Shown in pieces: positions 24,301-36,300 of a DNA stretch of 64,000 bases. Each line of letters begins with the position of its first letter. The first letter of the stretch is position 1. Made by a program: the position numbers and the translations under genes. Origin of the DNA: Vicugna vicugna (Eukaryota); NCBI GenBank assembly GCA_013265495.1, contig MU062133.1, positions 16,294,899-16,358,898 of the forward strand. Reading direction: 5' to 3'. Below the pieces are notes generated by a model that was not told the origin of the DNA, searched no databases, and saw nothing but the letters and a program-made list of their open reading frames with translations.

Positions 24301-27300
24301 GGGTTTTCCCCTCACATCCACCCCAGGGGTTCCCTGTGTCTCTCTCTATATCGAATTTCCTGTTCCTAAATCCCATGCCTTCCCCTTTCTTAGTTTTATA
24401 CCCTCGTGTTATTGGAGTACAAACTTCAATATCTTCACACACACAAAGTATATAGAGAGGCACATTTTGGAGAACTTGCACGTCTGAAATGTCCTTATTC
24501 TACTCTTATCTTTAATTAATGCTTTGGCTGTATACAGAATTCTAGGTTGGAAATAATTTCCCCAACTGCCCTCAGCGTTTTGAAGGCATTTTAGTGCATT
24601 CTAGATTGAGAAATCCAGTCAATACCTTTCCAACTCTTAGAATGAGTTCTGTTTTTTCCCCTCCTTCAAATTTATAAAATCTCCTTTGTCCTCAGGTTTC
24701 TAACATTTCACAATAATATAATTTAGCATACATCTATTTTCCTCCCTGTGCTGGTTAGTGGATGGGCTCTGTTGATCTCAGAATGTATGCCCATTAGTTT
24801 TGGGAAATTTCTTTAATTCCTTCTTGATAGTTTCCTCCTCTCATTTCTTTCTTTTTGAAACTTCTATTATTTGGATCTCCTTGAATGGTTCTCAAATTTT
24901 CTTGCATTTTCTCTCCTATTTTCCCACATTGTTTTCTTTTTAAGAGCATGCTTCAAATTTCTTTCAACCCTTCTGTTTTCACAGTTTTAATTCACGACAC
25001 ATCATTTTTATTCTCAGACTGTTCCATTTTTATAGCATCCTGTTCTTTCTCTGAGGTGTAATAACTCATCTCTCTGATGAGCTAAATAGTAGCTTTTATT
25101 TGTTTGTCTCATTTTGGTTTTAGTTTATTTCCTGATTTATAGTCTCTCTCCCACAGGCTGCTCTCTGGGTCTTTGATTTTTTCAGTCTTAGACATCCTAG
25201 ATGATTTTTATATGTCTCAACTCCATTTTTGCTTTCTGTTAGCACTTTGTCAAGCTGTATCTCTATTTCATTTTGTCTTTTATTTTCTGTCTCCCCCACT
25301 ATACTGTGAATTTCTTGAGGGCAGAAACAATGTCATATTCTTCTTTATGTTGCCACCCTAGGCACTCCATAAATATTTGCAGGATTGAATTTTAAAACTT
25401 GTAAAATCTTTGGGGACAAGTCCTGTATCTTTTTTGGGCTGATGTTTCCTACAACACCGAGAAGCAAGTACTGCAATTGGTGAGAATGCCAGATATGTTT
25501 TCTTTCTGGAATAGTTTTCACACTAGATCTGACATATGAAGCTTCCTAAATGAGCCAATTCAAGAAGCCTCCAGCACATCCAAAGTGGGGAAAATGGGGG
25601 ACTTCTGCTTTTCCTGAAATGTTTGACTTATTTTATCTAACAAGACTCAATGTACATGTAACTAATATGGTTATAAAGTTAAGATTTAAAAATCTTAAAA
25701 GGTTGTACCAAGGTAACTTTGTTAATTTTCAAAACTGACAAAAATATACATCTATACCAGATTTGTATGAGGCGGTTCAAAGTAGCATTATCCATAAAAG
25801 CTAAAAGTAAGAAACAACCCAAATGGCCATCAAGCAGTGAAAAGGAAACAAAATACAGTCTAGCCACACAATGAATATTCTTCACCAATAAAAAGGAATG
25901 AGTCATCCATAGTGTGACATGGGTGAACTTCCAAAATACTATTCTGAGAGAAAAAAAGACTGCAGAGTATATGATTCTATACGAACTGAACACAAGAAGA
26001 AAATCTATAAAGACAGGAAGCAGATTAGTGGTTGTCTGGGCCAGAGGGATAGGAACAGAGATGACTACAAATGGGCATAAGAGATCATTTCGGGGTGATG
26101 GAAGTGTCCAAAAACTGGATTGTGATAATGGTATGCATGGCTCTTTAAATTCACCAAAAATCATTAAATTATGTGCAACTGACCCTTGAACCACACAGTT
26201 TTAACTGTGTTTATCCACTTATAAGTATATTTTTTCAATAAATATATTGGAAGATTTTTGGAGATATGCAACAATTTGAAAAATCTCACAGATGATCCTC
26301 ATCGGCTAGAAATATCAAAAATTAAGAAAAAGTTAAGTATGGCATGAATGCATAAGATATATGTAGATACTAGCCTATCCTTACATAGCTGTAATGTGAG
26401 CAATATTTAATATAAAATTAATATGTTAGCTTTCTTACTGTTTTATACCTTTGCTTTTGAAGAATTAAATTACCATACAACGTGCCTCTCTGTTGCAGTT
26501 GGAGAAACTGTGTCAGCCTATCATCGCAAGTGAGTGGGTTTTTTAATGTAACAATATTCTCAATACTGTATTATGTATATGACTGTAACACTGTAGGCCA
26601 TACAATTTTTGTAATGATTTGTTCATTAGTGTGTGGGCTAGGCTACCCTGAAGCAATCACATCGATCACATTGGGCTACTGTTAAAGCAAATCACATTGC
26701 TTCTTCCTCATTATCAATGCATGGGTTGCTATATCTGTAAATAAGTATGAATTTCTCTTTCACATTATCTTTTCATTGCTGATGTCTAGCGTTAGTGATA
26801 CATGTAACACCTACAGTGTTTTGTATCATATAAGACAATACTGATGTAGGTACTTATAGACAGATGGTTTATCTTGTAAGCAGGCTACTTAAACTTACGG
26901 AATCCATAAATACAGTACAGTACTGTATTTTCTTTTCCTTATGGGTTTCTTAATAACATTTTCTTTCCTCTAACTTACTTTATTTTAAAAATACAGTATA
27001 TAATATATATGATATACAAACCATGCGTTAATGGACTGTTTATATTATCAGTAAGGCTTCCAGTCAGCAGCAAGCTGTTGGTAGGTAAGTTCGGGGGAGT
27101 CAAAAGCTGTATGCGGATTTTCAGCTGCAGGGCAGGGCGGATAGTACCCCTAAGGCTTGCGTTGTTCAAGGGTCAACTATTCTTCAAATGGCTCAACTTT
27201 AGGGTATATAACCTATATTTCAATTAAACTGTTTTAAAAAGTGGTAAATCAAGTCATTACTTAAAATTCAAACATCACAGAAAAGCATGACATGGACAAT

Positions 27301-30300
27301 GACACCGTGAACCTCCTTAATCCCACCCAATCACTGTTTGGTGTATGTTCTATCAGAATTTTTTCATGCATATCATTACACACACACAAAAATTTAATAC
27401 TATGTGCACACAGTGTCACCATACTATACATAGTGTTTCGTAACTGATTTTGCTTGCTTGGCAAAATATCTTGCACTAGAAGGATGACATTCTAGTCAGA
27501 GAAGTAATACGATCATCTCTGTGCTTTAGAGATTAGGCAAGCATGGAGGACCTGAAGGTGAGGACCAAGTAGGAGACTACTGCAATAATAACAGGCAAGA
27601 ATTGGGGACGCCTGTTCTGCATGTGCAAAAGGCTATGGGGCACACCCACAACCTCCCACTCACTCCGGGATGCAGGGGCAGGTCCTACGTACACTATGAG
27701 AGAGGTCCAGGCTGTTGCCGGCATTGCTGTAGTGATCCACCTCCAGAGCCACAATCTTCCCAGTCTTCATGAAGCCAACCTGAGTCAAAGGAGAGGGAGT
27801 TCTCAACAGTCCCCTTCCTTTGTCTGCCTCTAACCATCTCCTCCCACTTATGCTACCCACAGGAAAGAGAAAGAACAAGACATCACACCATGAAAACAAG
27901 GAGAACTTAAAGGATCACCAGACTTCACAGATGAAGAAGAGAGGAACCCATATCTTCCCAGTGATGTACCCTGGGCTCCTCCCCCCGGACACTCTTTCTC
28001 CCTACGTCCTCCTTCTTCCTCCCTACTCCTGGCTTCCAGTTCTTCCAGAGGGAGTGAGGAGACAGAAAAGAGAACATTGGTCATGATAGGACAGGGAGGG
28101 GAAGGCTGGAAAGAGAAACTAGGAGAGAAACTGGAGATGCCTCTCACAGCTTTTGGACAGCAGACAATAAAAGTTACACTCTGCACAAACATGAATGTCC
28201 TTTTATATCCTTAACCTCATGTTAACCATCTAAATAAACCCTTACAGACCATCTCATGAGTAAGGAAACTGGGACCCCAAAAGACCAAGTTACTTTCTTG
28301 GAGCCCACAAGAATTTGGGAATAAGAGAAATACAATCCCTTTTGGGAGTTAAATCGTGAAACAAAAGTCAGAAGAGGCCAAGGAGTAGATGTTCAGAGCC
28401 AGCTTGTGGAGAGAGAAGGCTCCCAGGTTTATAGAGCTAGACTAGGACCTGTAAGGTTATACTGGTGTGCAGAGGGAAAGACGCATGGTCAGAACAGGAG
28501 CTGGCCATCCACAGAAGCCTAGAAAAGGGACAGTCCCACAGAGAACCTGGGCAGTGCCCAGCCATACATGGTCTAGCAGAGCAGATGCCCTAACAGCTTA
28601 TAACTGTCCAGGCCCCTGGGAAGTTGTATTTCTCATTGCAAATCACAAATTACTAAGTGGTCATTCTGACTTTTACATCAGGCTGTAAACACATCAACAT
28701 TAGGTCATCCTGCAGGATGAATTTAGCCCAGATCTGCTGATAAATCATGTTTCTGAGCCTGAGTGGACAAAGACCAGATTTGGACCATAGCAAATTCACA
28801 AAAGTCATGCACAACACCCTGGGACATCTCCTGGGAGGTAGCCCGCCAGCCTCCCCCAGCTTCACCCTTCTGTGCTGCTGTTGGCTGCTTTGAATTTCTC
28901 TCCTTGCTCTTTCTTCTTTGAACGTCTACAGGGAGTCATAAAAAACATCAGAGTACATCCCAGGATCCCTGAATCTTCACCCACAGTTTCCTAAGCAGAT
29001 GGCACTGCCTGCCCGGAACAGCCCCCGACATCTAGAACCTTGTATCTGGCCAAGAAGGGATGTCTGCCACCGGTTATCAGCATGTCCTCATCCCGGTCCA
29101 GCATGCAGCGAACAGGGCGGCCGGTCCTGAGGGAAGCACCAGAAGGTAAGAAACCTCTACAACAGCCCAGCCCAGTGAGTCTCAGGGATGCAAACAGCAA
29201 GGAAGCACTCTTCTTCCACCTGGCACACTGAACAGAGTGCACTGGCCTGCTTCGTTGTCTAGACACTGTTCTGGACAAGGTAGGGAGTAGATGGGTGAGG
29301 TGTGTCCTTGCCATTGGGGCCCTCCCTGCCAAGTAGGGGAGATAGGGCATGGACACATGTGTCTGAACACAAGAACCAGGTGATGTTGCCCTCACTCCTA
29401 TACCCAAGAGTTCTAAAAACAGAGGGCTGGGAAAATTCAAAGCAACAAGTATTTACTTCCCAAAGAGGGAAATCCAGGAAGACTTCCTGCCAGAGGCATC
29501 CTTATTCTTCTTCCCAGAGCCCACTGGGGGAACTCACTTGTATGCAGCCAGGGCCACTGCCACAGTCATCACGATACCCCGGGTCTCCTTCCCTCCAAAG
29601 CCTCCTCCCATTCTCTTCACTCGGACCAAAATCCGGTTTACTGGAACCCCCAACATGTTTGCAACAGAAGACTGTGGGCGAAAGAACAAAACACTCCCAA
29701 TGAATGCAGCATCTGGACTTACTCCTTCCCTGACTCAGAGCCTGCCCAACACGCAGAAGCCTAAGTACTGCTGTGAATTCTGAGACTCCTTGCTTTGAGA
29801 ATCCCCTTCCTGCCCCAGGGCAGCCCCTGGGTAGGTGCCATGGCCCGGTGCTTATCAGTCACCGCAACCACCACACTGGATTCAGACTCTTGTTTTTTGG
29901 GTTTTTTTTTGGCTTTTTTTTTCAGACTCTTGTTTTTAACTGAAGGGGTGAGCAGCTGGTCATAGCATACTTTCAGAGCCAAAACTGATTCCATTTGGCA
30001 GGAACTGGTGGGTCATGAGGGTAGACCGGCTGTCAAAAACACTGGCGACCACTGTCATATTACATGCCACAGGGACATGGGGAATATGTGAGCTACTGCA
30101 GATAATTTAGTGGTCCCTGTGGCTATCACTTAGTACAACCCCTTCATTTAACAGATGAGGAAACTGAGGCTGGATATGATTTGACCCGTGCAATATGGCA
30201 CTGGAATGATAAACGCTAAACTTTTCTAGGTTCTGTACACGTATTAAAGTTCACTTAATCATTACAGCATCCCTGCCAGGCCCCATTTTACAGATGAGAA

Positions 30301-33300
30301 TGGTTACAGAACAAGCTCGGTGACACCAGCTTTTTGGTCACCGAGCCTGGCTCCTCAAATCCCCTCCTGAGCCAGCCTAGACCTCCCTCTTCCCAGGTCC
30401 CTGGGCCGACTCACAGGACACCTACCTGGGCCTTCATGGCGTTCTGTGTAGACACAAAGAGCTCCATCTCCCCTGCCTCACCTTTCGGGACAGCAACGGT
30501 GCAGTGAGTCTCCAGGTAGAAGTGCTCTTGGCCACCGATGTACAACTCACCTGGGGAAGAAACAAGACTTCCCATATAGTCAGCCCAATGCTGCAAAGGC
30601 AGTGAGTTTGCTTAAGGAGAGAATGTACTCATCCAGGGCCCTGGGCAGGAGCCAGCTGTTCACAGGTGAACTTCCAGTTGCCCAACTCGCGTAGGAAAGG
30701 GTCTCAAAGTCATAGCCATCTAGGAGCTGAACCCGTGACCCCAACAAAGAAACTAGAACGACACTGAAACGCATCAGGTGTGAAGGTCCCTTCTCACTGC
30801 AGCCAGTGGAAATCAAAGATTTTTAAACTATCATTATAAAATTTGGGAAAAAGTAAAAAAAGATTAACAGATGCAATTGAGAAGCTGAAAATAAATAGCA
30901 TCTTCCACAGCTCAGGCTATCAGGTCAGTTGGAATGGTGGCTTACTAGTAACTTAGCAAGGCACAAAAGCGAATGTAGAAAACAGTCCCCAAAGGGGGCT
31001 GATTGGCAGCCTTGCCCTGGGGTGAGAGCTCTGGACCTAATCTCACAGTAGGGGAGGAAGAAGGGGAGGAGAGGAGAGGGCACTAGCTGAAGGTGGGTGA
31101 GGACTGCCTCGAGGCAGATGAGGAGGACTGGGCGTCTGTCTAGCTGGAGGCCTGGCAGACCCAAGGCTGATCAGGCGTCTGTGACCCTTATCTTCCCTAC
31201 ATGGTCTTCCAAATCCAACACACTATGATCTCTCCAGACTCACTTAGGTGTGTCCAGTCTAGAGACAGGAGAGTGGAGATTAAGATGCTGAAGCTTTTCT
31301 CATCCACTTGTCTAGTATTTTGTTACAAACTTCAGGGAGACTTCTTTGTGAGGAAATCACTCCCCTGCTCCAGGGCCAAGGTACAGCTGCTGGATTTAAC
31401 TCATAAACTAGGGCCATGCCACCCCGACTGCGACCTGCTGCAGCTGTACCTGAAACAACGTTATCCGCTTCCGAAAACCCCTTCTTGAGGTCTCCTTTCT
31501 CGATCTTCAACTCAGATCCATAAAAGGAGTTGTTTTTTATAGCATCCTGAAGATTAAAAAGAAGCTTCAGTGCCTTGGCTTTCAAGGGGTGGAAGGTGGT
31601 TTCTGATTGGGGAAGGAAGCTCTTGGAATTGTAACCTCTCTCTCCTCGCATAAGTCACACAGGCATCTCCATCAGTTTCTTATATAGACTTGAAGTAAGT
31701 TCAGTTGTAGCCCAGGGTGTCCTATTTCTCCATTCCCTCTGATACAAAGGGACAACCCTGGATCTTGAGGAAAAGCAAAGAATCCCTCACAGTTGGAATT
31801 GTCATTGGGAAGGAAAAAGTTGGCTTGGCCATTAGTGGACTGAGTCTAGGATCATGATGAGGAAGGATCCATGGGACCACATAATCACAGGGCTGGAGGA
31901 GACTTAAAACCTACCTAGTCCCACCTGTTGCTTGAATCTCCACTAGAGGCTCCTAATAAAGGTGCCTCCAGGGACAGGTAGCTCACCCCTCTCCACAGGC
32001 AGCCCATTCCCCAGTTACCTCAATCGTGATAATGGCTGGAAGGTCTTCATAGGAGACTTTAACCCCATGGGCAGCTCTCTGTGTGTGTTCTGGGGTGTCA
32101 GCAACCACAGCGCCAACGACATGCCCAACACAAGTGACCTGGGAGCAGAGCCAGACTATTCAAGAACATAACACACTCCTCATGAAGCAAGTTATTTTGG
32201 ACTGCTCAAAAAAGCAAGGAAAGTCCCTGACAATTTTTTTGGAATGTCCTGGAGACTTTTCATTTTCTTATCCTATTTGAGGTTTTGTGCCTCTTCATAA
32301 GTGTTTAGAATCAGCAGAACTGAAATAGGATAACTAGTATCAGGATGACAAACTTGCTTCATCTCAAGGGCCGATTCTGATGATTTAGTACTGGCACCCT
32401 ATTGAGAAACTGCCCAGGATAAAATGTGGTGATTGATTAGCAATGTCTGCCATGAGGAGCAAAATGGAAGGTATGGCACCATGAGGTGTAGCTGTCAACT
32501 CAGACCTACCCCAACACCCTCATCCTTCATATGAAGAGATGGAGACCAGGACAGCAAGATCACAATTGGCTTGTTACTAGGCCATGACTAAATCTTAGGC
32601 CCTGATTCCCAGTTTTATTTTCTTTCTATCACCCCACTCTCTTTTATCTCCTGTTTCTCAAATTTATACTAGAAGCTTCTCTAAGGCAGCAATCATATCT
32701 TATATTTCATCTAGATGCTTCAAAGCAGTAGTTGCTAAATGCTGGTGCTCATACTTAATGACCCATAAACCAAATTTTTCATGGTTAGATTTGTAAAATA
32801 ATTAATGATTATTGTTTTCTTTTCATTTAGTAAATTCCATTCCTATAAAAACTTAGTTGATTTCTTTCAGGGATAATTTTTTCCAACATCTCCACAAAAA
32901 TAAACCAAAAACACATCACTTTGGAATATGAGATTTCTGATATCCAATAAGAACCAATACTTAACATGTCTGTCTCTGAAAATTACCTTTTTTATTGAAG
33001 TATAATTGGTTTACAGTCTTGTATTAATTTCTGATATATAGCATAGTGATTCAGTTTTTTTATATATATATATATATATGTATAAAATAGGCTATTACAA
33101 GGTATTGAATATAGTTCCCTGTGCTACACAGTAGGATTTTGGCATTTATCTATTTTATATATAATAATTAGTATCTGCAAATCCCAAACTCCCATTTTAT
33201 CCCTCCAGCCTCTCCTTTCCCCATGGTAACCATACATTTGTTTTTTATGTCTGTGAGTCTGTTTCTGTTTTGTAAATAANNNNNNNNNNNNNNNNNNNNN

Positions 33301-36300
33301 NNNNNNNNNNNNNNNNNNNNNNNNNNNNNNNNNNNNNNNNNNNNNNNNNNNNNNNNNNNNNNNNNNNNNNNNNNNNNNNNNNNNNNNNNNNNNNNNNNNN
33401 NNNNNNNNNNNNNNNNNNNNNNNNNNNNNNNNNNNNNNNNNNNNNNNNNNNNNNNNNNNNNNNNNNNNNNNNNNNNNNNNNNNNNNNNNNNNNNNNNNNN
33501 NNNNNNNNNNNNNNNNNNNNNNNNNNNNNNNNNNNNNNNNNNNNCATGTATCTCTTTGAATTAGAGTTTCCTTTGGATATATGCCCAGGAGTGGGATTGC
33601 TGGATCATATAGTAAGTCTATTTCTAATTTTTTAAGGAATCTCCATTCTGTTTTCCATAATCTGGTAAGTTATTGGCACAGTGACTGTTGAACTGGTCTG
33701 ATTCTCACTAACCATAATGCTAATAATGGTCTTAGAGGCTCTTGAAGTTTGTAAAGCAATTTGTCTTCTATCAGATACTCTCCTTTTGGAGTCCCTGTCT
33801 CAGGGTTACAGTTTTTCATTCTCTCCTTCACTTGTATGTCAATAAGGTGAATTTGTACTTCAGCAACACCTACCCACCTCCAATTTGCACCATGTGATCT
33901 GTATTGGAATTGTAAAATGACTGACAACTATCCTTAAGTATATGGATTTTTATAGCAGCTGTCTTGAATGTTTGGAATTCTTTTTTGGCAGAACTCCCTA
34001 TACGGTTGAAATCAATATAGATGAACTTTCATGTAAGTGAATTATCAGTATACATAGTGGTGATATTGTAATTATAATTTTTATTCCGGTTAGCTTCTTT
34101 AATGCATTTTTACTTTTTTTTAACTTTCTTTTAATAAAGAAGCTTAATATTGTACCCTTAAGAATCTGACTGTTAAAATACAATCACTAGACATTTTTTA
34201 ATGCAACTTTGGCATGGAGTCATCCTATTATGTATTATACTATGTACAAGCAGCAGCCATCAATTAAATATGTAAATAAACACTAAGTAAAAAGTAAAAG
34301 TGCTATCAGGTATATTCTGTTCCTTTACTGATTGTCCAAATACTGGCTAATTGGATGATGCCCACAATATGTGCAAATGCATAATTTTTTCAAGATTAGA
34401 GATTTGGAGGAATGAACACAAATTAAAACTTAAATACTCATTCCACTAACTTCATATTTTAAAAAAAATCCAAGACATACCTTATCCTTCGCAAAGACTG
34501 TTTCATCATTAAAAAGTCCAGTTTTGTTACTCCCAGGAATATCATCAGCGGAGAGAAAGCAAACAAACCCTGGCACCTTCTGAGCTTCTGAAATATCTAT
34601 GGACCTGCAGGAGTGAGCAGTGTGAGGAGCCAGGGAGGGAAACTGAAGCAGAAGACCTGTCACCTGACAAAATGCTGGACTACACTGCACTTCCACCTTA
34701 TACATCAACAATTTTCCCAGAAGATTGAATAATAGAGATTTCTGAAATATCTTCAGCTGTGTCTGTGTATCTTATAAATCTTGCTCCTTGCAGTTCCCCA
34801 CCCAGTACCACCCATCCCTTCATAGGAAGAACAGATACCATCATCTAGAACAGGGATCTATGCCCTCAAGGGTCTGCTGATACAATCCAAGGATCCATGA
34901 ACTTAAATGGAAGAAAATTTTCATCTTCAAAAAAACAAAAAAGGTCCATCATCCAATTGGATAACACTGTCTTCTTTTTGACAGTTTTTCCTCCACCCTA
35001 ATTCTTCCCTTTTCTACCTCCCATCCTATCCTGCAAATGTTGATTAAATGCTTACCATGTGGAGGCCACTGTGCTGAGTGCTGCAGGGGATATAAGATGA
35101 ATAGGACAGGTCTGCCCCGATGGTCCTTGTATAATGCCCTGCTCTGGTCTCCAAGTACAAGTATCCAAATCACACGAGTGGTGTTTACTCTGGAGAGCTC
35201 CAACCAAGCCCACATCACAGCTAATACCCAACCAGGATCAGCATATTAGGGCCCTTGCTGTACCACCCAGATTCCTCATCTAGAACATGGGAATAATAAT
35301 AAGATCTGCCTACATGAGTACGATGAGGAATAAATTAGCCAATACATGTAAAATGCTTCAAACCAGGCTGCAGCAAATATTAAGTGTGATATGAGTCTTC
35401 TATAGTAATAATCATATAATAATACATTATTATTATTACTATTATTATTATAGAGGTGATAATTCTTGCCATTTGGGCTCTCAAAATTCAATAAATATAT
35501 ATGTGACTATTCTCTGTTGGGTCCTTCATGGACACTATTGCTGATCCTCAAAAACTAGCCAATTACATATGGGAAAAAATGAGAGCTTAAGCACACAGGC
35601 CAAGGTCACAGTTGCTAAGCACAGTCACAGGGATTCAATGCCAAGTCTGTCATACTCTAAGGCCTCATTCTTCCCTTGAGTGCTGACTCAAGTTCTTCTG
35701 AAGATCTGCATTGAAGTTTAGCCCAATATCCACAGTGCAGATCTAAGAAAGGCCTTTTAGCAGCTCCTCCTTGCTTTGTGGGCCAAGTGGAATGTCCCTA
35801 TTCAGTACTCTAAGGCCTTCCTGATCTAGGCCCGGCCTTCCTGATCTGAGCCTTGCCTACCTCTCCAATATCATCCCCCCGCCCTCCCAGGCACCAGTGA
35901 GCCCCTAAGTCTCCTGCTCCTCTCCAGACTGCTTTCAAGATGAGTTCCCACATTCCTCTGTGCCTGGCAGGGTGCTGCTGGTGCCCTTCTCCCTGAGTGT
36001 CTTTACTGCACTCACTTGATCTTGGCGTGGGCCTGGGTGCTGGTGACCAGCCGGAGAAACAGCTCATTCTCATAGCAAGGGATGTCATCACAGTACACGG
36101 CCTCCCCAGAGGCCTGCATGGCCGCGGCCAGATGGGGCAGGGGCCGGCCCACCATGTCCTCCTCAGACTGACCCTTGGGCACCTCCTGGAACAACATGGT
36201 CACCAGTCAGGCTGAGCTGCAGAGGACACTACAGGCCCAGGGAAACCATGGAGAGCTTCAGGCCAAGCAAATGTGAGAAGTGAGAATGGAGGAGGCAGTG

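Noticed and set aside
27975-28140. Pyrimidine block followed by a purine block (possible fold-back or triplex)
   Set aside because: I could not find extended complementarity or mirror symmetry by eye.
30409-30414. Decoy donor GTGAGT 11 nt downstream of the exon 21 donor
   Set aside because: Exonic context CCT is poor versus the authentic CAG|GTAGGT; use would frameshift; such decoys are common.
33245-33547. 100-aa ORF of X residues
   Set aside because: Artefact of the N gap.
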